DNA of 64,000 nucleotides from Phoronis australis (Eukaryota; Animalia; Phoronida), in NCBI GenBank assembly GCA_002633005.1, contig NMRA01000131.1, forward strand, positions 483,798 to 547,797. The letters run 5' to 3'. Position 1 is the first letter of the stretch. Each line of letters starts with the position of its first letter. Below are positions 41,629 to 53,600 of the stretch, one piece after another. Below the pieces are notes generated by a model. The model was given only the letters and a program-made list of their open reading frames with translations. It had not been told where the DNA came from and did not search any database. The translations under genes were made by a program, and so were the position numbers.

Positions 41629-41631
41629 CTC
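41592..41631 (-). CDS. Channel gene last coding exon (SNRAAMMAKLRR*)
   Basis: Acceptor tgctttatag, phase 2 fits. Confidence 0.7.
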
Positions 41632-44600
41632 CTATAAAGCAGACAATAAATGACACACTACAGGAAAACGGTAGAAAACAATATTTGTCAGCGTCTGTAC
41701 AAAAAGTGCAAATTTAACAGTAAACAGCCATAACCAAATTGGACATCTGGGATTCATATTAATTGTCTCCTGCTGAGGGATCCAGCTCAAAACCAGAAGA
41801 GCTGATGCCTGCCAAGGCCGTACTGAGAAAAACTCAGGTCACTTGTCTCGGAAGAAGCTCATATGCATTCTGATGCGAGATATGCCATTTGTTCTCGTTT
41901 TACCTACAATTTGTTGACAGATTTAATAGGAACCAGTGCAACTTTTTGAGTGTTTCCTTTTACTGAAACATTTGGTCAGAGCTTTAAAAACAGAAAGTAC
42001 GGGGGAGACTTTCTTAAGAGATTCCTGGTAGCTCTGTACATTTGACAGTTTTAAGGATCTGTTGAGCATAATGTGCATTTCTGTGAAAAACTAATTGTTT
42101 TTACCTTGGCCTAAAGGAGACGTGCACCAACAACTTTGAATGAAAAAAAATCAAAAAAAATCATCCAACTACGAGAGGAGTTAAATTAATTTGAACTAGC
42201 ACAATGCGTTCTCCTTGTAATCTGCTTTCTGGAGAAACTGGACACCCCAGATGTTGACTTTGAGTAACTGAACTAGGCACAACACTTTGATCTAGACAGA
42301 AATTGTGTAACTCAAAGCAGTTCTTTTGGCCTCATGAGAAATCTTGGCTGTGCAAAGTATGGATTCACTAAATGAGAGAGATAGAATCTCCTTCTAACAT
42401 TTTTTTGTATTGTTTCATAGCCTCTGCTGTATGTGTATCCTTATGAATGTAACCAATATTGCATTTGCATGCAGCTTATGTGCTGTGTTTTTGTTCACAC
42501 TTGAAAATGGTGGAGTAAATATGGAAACGAGCAATATTTTTTTAAAATGTGTTATTCTAATTTAAGCACAATTGACTTTGACGGCTTGTCAACAATTTTT
42601 TTAAAAACATAAAGCATATTCCACTTGTGGTCACACTATACATTACTGCAACTGACTGAAAGTTAAAACTGTGCATACCGTCTGCTCTTAGAACTGGCAG
42701 CGCCCTCTACTGAGGTCTCTGGTGCTTGATCTTTCTGGACCTGACCAAGAGATGAACTGCGGCTACGACCAGATGATGAGCGGCTGAATCAAAAAAGAGG
42801 AATTCTGGGTGTGACAAAAAGAAAAAATATTTGACATGTACCATTAAGGTGACAGTGGACATTATCAAATGAAACTTTCACATATCCCTGCGAAAGCCAA
42901 AACAACCAAACATGCACAGAATTTGATTAGCATATTGCCAACAACACAAACATCACTTAATATTTGAGAGTGCTGCATACAAACAATATTCAAAAGCACA
43001 CGAGTATCACAAATAAAACGGTCAAAAATAAAACTATACAAAAGTCATGTAAGTATTCTAATGTAATGAATATTAAGGACAAGTTGTTGCCACTACAACC
43101 ATCACATTTACTTGACCCTCGACCCGTAAGTAGTTTCCAGAGAACACTTGCACCGCATTCAATAACGATGAGAGCGTGGCATTAATGTGCACCCACTGTG
43201 AACGTCACTAACAGCAAAGATAGGAAGCCAGTGATCATCAGTGGACATTTGTCACTCATTTTAAACATCATACAAAAAGCCCTGTAAGGGGTCTCTGGGC
43301 AAAAAGGATCATGGAACATTCCAAACATGATAGAGCCACAGGCGTAATGGAACACAGCCACAACATTGGACACAACATCGACAAGTGTGATGCCAGAGAA
43401 ACACTGGTACTCAAGGAAGGTTAAGGAGGCTGTCTATGTTAAAACCAGACACCCCAATTTGAACAGAGATCAAGGCTTAGAGCTCCCAGCAGTGTATGAC
43501 CTAATTCTAAAACCAGGTCTACCTGATGCGGAAAATCCAGTCAGTGGACAAGGCGCTTAGAGAGCGGGTGGAAACGACCAACTCACCAGACTCCCAGTGC
43601 TTTTCAGTAAGTGATTTACCTATTGCTCAATATTAATTTCATTTTATCTTCACAGTAAACCCTTCAAATGACTGTTGCTTTGTCTCTTATTAATGTAACC
43701 AAATTAACAGAAGCTCATTACCTTTCTATTTTCTCCGCCTCATCCATTGTATGCCTTATATCATCTATTGCCTTGTCAGTAGATTCATTATTGTCTATCC
43801 CCCACTCTGGATCCATCTTTGCTTTATCAGAAGCTGACTCCTGTTTATCCGGCTGTTCTGCACCATCAGAGTGTGAGGCTGACTTTGCCGAGGATGTAGA
43901 GCGGGCTGTGTTAACAGAGTGTTCTGACTTTTTGGATTTAGCTGAGTCAGCCCTACCAGTAGCTGTTGAGCCAGGTCTGTACATAATACAAATATAGTCA
44001 CAGTATTGAGAGATGATAAAATATATTAAAGTTTTTCAATCCTCACAAGTCACAAACAGGCAACACTTAAAATGTCAAAGCAACTTAAACACGAGAACCA
44101 AGAAAATCAAAATATAGAATTATTAACAAGTCAGTAGACTAGTGCATTATTCCTCTTTATGAATGAATAAAACATACAATTTCTGTTATTTAATTACAAT
44201 ATAATAGCATGAAATTCAACTGGTATTGCCAGCTTAACAGGACTACCTAACTAGGTGTGAACCATTACTGATAATAACAGTTACAAAATGTGCGACTTTT
44301 TTCATGAAGTGAGCTAGGTGCCATATGCAACACTAACTGACCCTTACAATTACAGTGAAACTCGCATGAGCCAGACACACATCAGTGGGACCTTTGCTTA
44401 TATACAGCAAGAAAGCTTCGCAGCATAGTTGTTGTATTCCATGAACTCCGCCCTTCCGATAAGTTGGCTTTTACATCACTCGAATAAAAATCTCACTGTA
44501 GCTCAAGCAAGTTACACTATTGTAAGAATTTTTGAACAAACCGTAATACTTAAATATTCAACTTCAACTGAAACCCACCTGACAGGAGATTCAACAAAAG

Positions 44601-47600
44601 AGACTTGTTTAGGGCGTGAAGCTGTTTTACTAAGGGAAGATCGTCTAGGCAACAGATTTCTAGAAAGAATTTGTTAGTAAAGCTAAATGAATAAGAATGA
44701 GCAGGCTAGTATAAAGACCTCTCTACAGAGACATGATGGTTACATGCATAATCAACAGTAATGATGTGAAAGGCTGTTAGTTAAACTTGAAAGATTAAAT
44801 TAACTCCTGTTTGTTAATCACAAAATGTTACCATTGCAAACTCAAAAGGAGCAATAGCTGTGCAATGTGAAGCCTAAATAAAAAAACAATGTTACCATTG
44901 GAAGAGACAATAGACATGCTGCTAATAAATAACTGCATTACATAAGCTCAGACAATTTCAAAAGAATCCTCACAGCAGTTAGAAGTCTCGTTACTTGCAT
45001 GTAGATTGCAGAACAGTCAAGTGACCTTTTCACAGACAGATGCAGATGTCACATGCATTGTGGGAAACAGACCGGCCCACTCCCACAGCAGATGAATCAC
45101 GTTACATGTACAGCACACCAGGTGGTGAGAAGGGGATATCCTATAATTCTCTACTCAGGGATTAGTATGCATCAGTTTTCGTTAATCCGTAAAAAATCCA
45201 AATCTAAGAAAGTCGAGTCGTAAGAATAGATGGACATCATACACATTAATGGTCTCAGTACAGAATGGATTTAACGGCCACATACCTGGATGAGTTACTC
45301 TGCGAGTCTTCAAGAGGCTTCAAATTTTCATCTATTTTGATGTCCTCAGTCACCTCAATACTGTGAGCTTGCACAAACTTCTTGGCCCACTCAGGCATCT
45401 CTCCACCAGGAAGTTTTTCTTTCTTGGGATTTTTGGGAGGTTTGGGTTTTTCAACTTGTAACTTGCCTTCTGTGAAATGGAGAAAGTTTCAAACTAGAGT
45501 AAAGATTTGCTGAAATATATTCAGGCCAGGAAGAAGGTTGCATGTATTTTGCATTAAATGCATGTTACCAATATGCCACCATAAGAACATACCAAGCGCA
45601 ACTTTGAAAAAATAGTTCTGCCTTCGAAAAACTACTATCTAGGTATTGAAAAACCTTAACACATTAATTCGCACATTTTGAATGAAGTTAGTGGCAGAAA
45701 ATCATTGCACTGAAACAATGAATTCCACATAGTCCACAGTTTTGCCCTGTATATAATTAGAAGTGCTAATTCATAATATTAATAAACAAAACGGATGGTT
45801 CCATTTCAAAATATAGATGAAAACAATTATAGTTTTTAAAGGTGGTACTACATAGGGCTTTTTAAAGACCTTTCGCTATAAATCTAGAATCATGACTGAC
45901 TAGAAAGTCACTTAAGTCAACCAGAAACAGGAAAAGGGTTTCAACAACTGTAAGTGCACCATTGAATGAACATATGCATCCCATTAGGGTGTTCACACGT
46001 TCAGTGACTTCACCAGAGATAGAGGGTTGTGAGCATGTGATAACATCTAGCTCCTTTGTTAACTGTTGAGTGCAGTCTTTTGTCTGATATGACAACATGC
46101 AGGTCAATTATCTACCAAGCTTATTACCCACCACATGTGAACACTATCAAACCCAGTGCAAATTGGTACATTAGGAAAGAATAGATTGTCATAACTTCAG
46201 TTGTAGTAGGGCGATTTTGGCAATTCAAAAACTAAACATGATCAGCAATTGACGAGGAATTCAGAAATGCTATTGGTTTGTGTTCAAATATGTTATAACT
46301 TAACTTTTATTTTTAACAGCACAGCCCATTCAGGTTATAGATATGATCTTATCAGAGATTAGAGCAATTACCTAACAAAAGAGATCTGGCCCTCCAACCA
46401 TAAATGCCAGAATGGAGTTAATCATTCGTGTAATATACTGGTTTCAGCAGTCATCCTCCCAAATTGTTGTTGGGCTACGCAATCGAACAAGTGAGAATTG
46501 ATCAAACAGACAACTAAAAAAACATTGGCAATTGGCAAGTGATCAATCCAAACTGCAATACTTTGTAGCTCATTTTCACTAAAGCCTAACTCCTCCAGAT
46601 GAGTAGCAAGTCTACGAACCTTCTTCTTCATTCTCTTCCTCAATAACTTCTGGTAAAGTAGGAGGAGGGTCAATATTAATCTGCAATCAAATCACAGCCA
46701 GTCATGACAACGGTAACACACAATATCGCAATCATTACAGGCAGTCATGATATTGGTAACACAAAATATTGCAATCAAATCACAGCCAGTCATGATAACG
46801 GTAACACACAATATCGCAATCATTACAGGCAGTCATGATATTGGTAACACAAAATATTGCAATCAAATCACAGCCAGTCATAATAACGGTAACATACAAT
46901 ATCATAATCAAACCACAGCCAGTCAGAACGAAGACACACAATATCACTAGCTAACGATATTGGCTCTACCAGTTTCAATTAAACAGTAAGTCAGATCAGT
47001 TTTACACTAAGCACATTTCTAAATGGTATACGCATGAAGAATTTGCATTGAATGAACCTTAAAGGTGTACATTATTTTTACTAAAAGAACAAAAAATTAG
47101 GCTGGGTAGTTTAACTTCTGAAGTTCAAAGGTCTAAAAATATACACAATGTTATGTGACAAACTATATGTAAGTGTTTCCAAATAGTATTTTAGAATGTC
47201 TAATTCTAGAGCACCTAACTATACAACACTTCACATCTAGCTTTACAGACTATCACTACAGTAAAGATGGTAGGACACACTCATATAACACTTTAAGAAG
47301 CCTTGCCTATCCATTTTGGTGAAAATGTTTACTCACTACAGAAATAGGAACTGATTTTGTAGTTTACAAAGCCAATTTTGTCATTTGCTATTCAACTATT
47401 ACTCCAGCATTGATAAGGCACCATCTCTTTTTTAGACAAGATATATCACATGTCACACTGAGTGGTAACATAGGCAGGACATTTTGTGATTTGGATTTGG
47501 TACCTTAGTTAATGATCTCGTATGACGTTAAAGTGAAGAAAACATAAAAATACATTCCAAGGTTTCTTCAAGAGTCAACATAGGATTAAGACACCTCCAC

Positions 47601-50600
47601 CAATAGTATGGTTACCATGGATACCATAGTAACAAGGACCAATCAACTAAGGGAAGACAAGCGGGATGTGAACATGAATGTGCTGTGAGCACACTATGTA
47701 GCATGTGAACACACTATGTAGCATGTGAACACACTATGTAGCATGTGAACACACTATGTAGCATGTGAACACACTATGTAGCATGTGAGCACTATATGTC
47801 ATACTTTGGTGTATCTTGCAACATCTGCTACTTGGATCTGAAACCAGCAGTAACTATGACAACAATGATTGAAACAGCAAATTGGGAAACATACAGTCAC
47901 AGGATGGGTTAGAGCTTAGTATAACTCATGCACAAATTGGAACCCTGCATGTTCAACAATTTATAAAGGTTATGGATACAGTTACAGCTATTCAGTTTCT
48001 TCACACAAAAATAACAATGGTTACTTTCTGACTTTCAAGAGGTTGACAACAGTGCTCGTATCATTTCCCAGGTGTAGTGTCATGACAGAAGTAAAGTTCA
48101 ATGTTAAGATTATCCACACGTATCACAGTAACATACACGGCTTATCTGCCAGATTTGTACAGTTCTTTAACATAAAATTTTCCATTTGTGACAATGGAGA
48201 GGCACAATAGAAAACAGTTTTGAAAGAAATAATCAAACAATAAAATATACACTAAAGTGTACATTGTGGCTTAATTTCTGTATGCTGTCTCTGGACAAAT
48301 GTGCCCAGTTCTTATGCAGAGACTGTTTCTGTTAAGTCTGCTAGTCCAAATAGGTTGAACAACATATTACATAAATAGGATCATGTTTGGAAAACAGTAC
48401 ATATTCATTGAGTAGTGTTAGACGTAACAAAAATGACTTGGAATGAAATACAACAAACGAGTCACATTTGTAAAGAAAGTGGAAACAGGAAAATCAATCA
48501 CAACTTCACACTGACAAAGCACCATCTATTGAGCAGTGTAACTTTATGAATTTACCCACAGCCAAATGAATGATGAAAGGTAACTGATAAGCATTCATAG
48601 GTAACATAAACATCTTATTACAAAATATGTTAATTTGAGTAGGTGAGTTGTTAGCCCTGATTGCTGCGGGGGTAATTAGCCATTGTGAAAATCTAATTGT
48701 GAAGGCCAGGCTATGTTCTGGAGTCAAAAACATTAAAGTTCTTCAAAGACTAGTTACTTTAATTTTTCTAAAACAGTGTCATCAAGCTTCTATTCTCTGT
48801 TTCAATTGGTTACAGTTAATTTCTTGAAATTCCCCCAGTTGGCAGCTGAATCAAGTAACCTCTGTGCCCTCAATCCCTCTATTTTGGGGCCAAATATCGG
48901 CCCCATTCCCCTCTAAAAATATTGAAATATCGTGCGAAATTCCCCTCATGATGGCCAAAAATCCCCCTCAGGTGATTGAGAACGTCCCCTCGAGGTTTGA
49001 ATCACTTGTAACTCACACAGGTGACAATTTGAAAGAGCACAAAATGTTAGTTTTGGCTACTTGAGGCAGAGCTTATGAGAGTTGGCAACAGGGGGGAGCT
49101 ACTGATGGTGCAATCTACCTCACCCCGAAATGTTCCTCTCCCAGAAGGCACAAGCAGTTTTCCCATTGAATAAACAAGGGCCCTGAACCTGCCCGACAAG
49201 ATAGCCTAATGTGAAGCAAAAATGGCCATTAAGTTCTTCTCAAGCCAAGAAATTATTTCCAAACTAAGTAAAGAAGAAAACAAATTTACAACAGTATATG
49301 GCCTAAATAAAAACTTTGTTTCTTGGTCATGGGTTCATTACTCCTGTAACACAATACACAAGATCTGTGAAATAACTCAGAAGTCATTCTTAATGATGGC
49401 TTAGGGAATTGAAGTGAAATGTTGAAATAAATACTTTGTCATGTTGATTTTCCTGTTGGCACTTAGGCCAGAAATAGACCTATAGAAGAACATGAAACAA
49501 GTTAAGATTGGAGTCAGACATGTTACAAGATTTACAATTGGATTAATATGATTGTAAATGTCAATTATAAGACAACAGACCATATCTAACATCACACTGA
49601 TTTTACCTGTCCTTTTTTATTAGAACGAGTGTCCTACGAAACAAAATACTGTTCACTAACTACATCAAGAGACACATTTAAAGAATCATCATCATCGCCC
49701 AGGGTTACCAAGTTAACCTTGAATGGGTAACAGTTGTAGTCTTACTCTACTTTGCAAGACCAAAAGGCATGAAGTCAAACAGGAGAATTTTTGTAATCAT
49801 ACTTGCTTAGTTGTCTCGCTCATTCACACATGCCTAATCACGTTATATCAAAATTTCAGAAAAGCAGCCAAGTCCTCAATACCACAAGATCAGTAGCCAT
49901 GGTTTTGTAGAAGTCTTCGATCACAAGATTTAAAAATTCTACAACAGATCTTCCTGAAAACCCTGTTAATTGATAATGGCATATAACTGAGAAGCAAGTG
50001 AACACACTAAAGAAGTGATAATGACTCTTACCTGAGGCACAACTATGTTGTCTGGAAGATTACCTGGGGCCTCACTGGCGACCTCTGGTGTTTCTCTAGA
50101 ACACAATAAGATCAAACACTGCGAGAGACTAGCAGAGCAATTACAGAACTTAAATCAGTCTATTTGCAAAACTGACAGAAGCAAGTTATTGACGGAACTT
50201 CAGCACATTTTGTCTGGGATGGTCACTAAATGACAAATAGTTGTGAAAATGTTTTTGTTATGACTGAAACCAACACTGAAAGTTTCCACTTAAAGACCCA
50301 TTACTTGGTAATGCACTGCACTAAAGGATATTTTGATGCTCTTATTTTTACTTGACTAAAACTGTAAGTAGAGCGCGATTAGCCAAATCACCAAAAGTGT
50401 TATTTCAACTTACGTGAGTGTGTTCTCCCTGAGTGAGCTAGTGCTAATACGTGACTGTACGCTGGCCCGACTTTGAGACCTGTTGCTTCTTAGGTCTGCC
50501 TTCACTAGTCTGTTGAGCTCCAACATCTGAAAACGGCAAACACAAATGAGTCGACCATATAATTCTGTAATTCAAAAAACAAATTTGGCATTCAATTTAT

Positions 50601-53600
50601 GTGGATGTTAAAGCTACATAGTGATGGGATTCAATTCATGAGGGAGAGGTAAAATTTACCCAAATTTTTTCTTCCAGTGCAACTCGTGGCAAAATTTAGG
50701 TACTAATTTAATTCTGCTCATCAAATCAAAAGGTAAACAAATTTATCATCATATCAAAAGGTAAACAAATTAATCATCATATCACAAGGTAAACAAATTA
50801 ATCATCATATCACAAGGTAAACAAATCAATCATCATATCCCAAGGTAAACAAATTAATCATCATATCGCTAACTCCTCTGCAGATGGGTGTTCACAACAA
50901 AGGACTTTTTGAGGTTATGTAGGACCCAAAAATGTCCAAATTTGACTGACTTCAGACCATCAGATTTTAGAAATGGCTGACTGGATTCACATGAAACGCT
51001 CAGATTGTAAGCTTGACGCAATGTTCTCAATAACGCTGTTAGGAATTATTTTTGAAATGACCCACTTTTGCACGAGTGGCTATAAAAATAGTACTTTCAT
51101 GATTTTCATTTAAAATTTTTAAAAATGCATAAAACAAAAACGAGATATTTTACAAAACTGTAATAGCTTTTTTGATATCCTACCCAAGACATTAACATCA
51201 AACAACATTTGATCATGGCATTGATACAGTTGTTTTGCTATCAAATACTTTACTTTTTTGATAGATTTTACTAAAACAATGGCATGGACAGGTGACGTAG
51301 ATTGGTAAAAAGTCAATAATCAAATTCTACAATCTTTCTACTTTCAGAAAATAACTACCTCAAGTTTATGGAGTTAAAATGTGTACTTTTCTAAAATATT
51401 TTGCTAAACGTACAGACTTCTTGATAAGGTCCTACATAATTTTAAGGAATAGAAAGTTCCTACTGTACACAGGAGGGTGGATAATATAAGAGTTTCTTTA
51501 AAGTGACTTGTTTCTGAACCTTATAATCCTACCTCTTCATGGTTCATCACTGTCATATCACCGTGAATCCTACGCCTCCAATCACCACCCTGCTTTTTCA
51601 TCTGCCACAATAACAAAAGATTCATTTACAGGTAAAATACAAGCTGACGGATAATCCTAATTTAGACAATCTGCATTCAAACACCCAGAATAAATGTGCC
51701 ACTTCATTCATGAAGCACAATTGACTGTAAATTTATAAACAATCTAGTCTACCAGCTTACACAATAGCATTTTCAAATCTACCACAAAGAAAACATTATT
51801 ATGAGCACGTTTCAAGTACTCAATTAATAAGCACTCTGCAAGGTAGTGTTCAGCCTTGGGAGTTAAACACGATAATTTACAGCAAATTTTCATATTATTA
51901 GCAAAGCTAAATTTTAAAAGGTAAAAGCTTTGGCATATACAATAAATTTTCATAACACAAAAAAAATTGTTCTAATCTACCATAATGGGAAAAGGAACTG
52001 TTTTGATGTCAAGCTTAGTAGGAATGTATTTTTGACATTAATTACTGTTCCCTGGCGTGCATTTACTATTCAAGTAACAACACAAAGTCACATGAACAGC
52101 CCAGAAAATTGCCCACATCTCAAATCAGCAAACATATATATGTCCTACTCACCATATTTGCTCAATAAAAGTGAATGCAGAACAGGAAAAGTGCGTCTTT
52201 TTACTGAGCCGTTTACACCATCTTCCATTGTTTCATGAAAAGTAACACACACCAAGGAAACAACAATGAACACTAAAAAATGCAACTCCAAGATAACCAA
52301 GGATCTTTATTTTTAAAGGTTAACATCAAAAATGGATGATTGGCTTCCCTTCAAGATGACATCAGTGGATACTACAGCTAAGAGCAAGGCTCATTTAATA
52401 TTTCACAGGGAAAACAAAAACAAAAAAAGCAAGCATATTTACCCGACTTTTCATTCTGCAAAGAAAGAAACATGTAAAGTCATTAAAACCATTGTTGAAG
52501 TGAAAAAAATTGGTTGCAAGAACGGAACAGCAACACTAAGAAAAACATCAGTGCATTGCTTTAATGTCAATGAAGCCATTAACAATTAGCTGGTTTAATG
52601 AATACATGTCATGTGAAAGCTGCTATAAGTTATACTCGTTGCCTGAACAATAATCAAAATGTACATTCTGTACATTGACACTAAGATGATACATACAATG
52701 ACGAAGCGACATCATCAATCTTTGTGTTCGCTGCCATTGCTGGTTTGATATCTTCCGGCCGGTTGATGAGTGGACTAGGGGAAAGGTTCTGATTTGCATC
52801 GAACTCAGGTTCCTGCACCACAGGGGGCTCTGGTGACACTGTGCCTCCTCGAGCTCGGTTCTTTTTCACAGTCTCCATGACATACTTGGCTACAAGGCAA
52901 GAAAGAATAAAATGTAAACCAGTCTAGTATGTGCCTCCCATGCACGTAACTTCACACAAGTATGGAAGATAAACATGGTGAACACCAAGACATTTGTGGA
53001 TATTTTGTTTTTTAACTAATGGTGATGGGCAGATGAATGTCACCTCTATATGCATTTTCAGTGATGTAAACTTGTGTTGAAAAATCACAAAAACTCAACC
53101 AGTGGGCATGTGTGAATGTGTAAGAGGCCATGAAAAGTACGCAGTGTCAACATTTTAAACATTATGGTTGCAACAAGCATGTGTTCAGTAAGGTCACGAG
53201 TCAACTTACAGCAAAACTGGCAGTAAAAGCATGAGTTAAAGAATGCACAATTATTGCAAGCATCTTTCTTTTGATAGCTGTAAATGTGTTGCAAAGGATT
53301 AGAAAATCCTCACAAAATAAAAATACAATTGCAAAAAAACAGCAATACAAGCAAGAGCAATGCGAAGCATTGAAATACGCCCACGAATGCATCCCAAATG
53401 GTGTGCTCTTAGAGTTGCTTATTTGTGTCATAAAAATGGCCACTAGATGGTGCAAAAACATAACAATCCATCCGAACACAGGAACATCTCATTGCTTTTT
53501 TAATAGGAAGCTAAACACCAAATTTCATAGAAATCAGTCATGGAACTTCAGAGAAAAAAAGGAAACAGAATAAAATGAAATTGACACTAGGGGGCACAGT

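Noticed and set aside
43668-43997. + strand ORFs opposite channel exons (also 54583-54897, 63287-63469)
   Set aside because: Antisense shadows of real - strand exons
47805-47837. IQ calmodulin-binding motif in IQVADVARYTK
   Set aside because: Does not fit IQxxxRGxxxR
52153-52272. Candidate channel exon (..ETMEDGVNGSVKRRTF..) with gtgagt donor
   Set aside because: Phase 1-1 does not fit its neighbours (phase 2 or 0)
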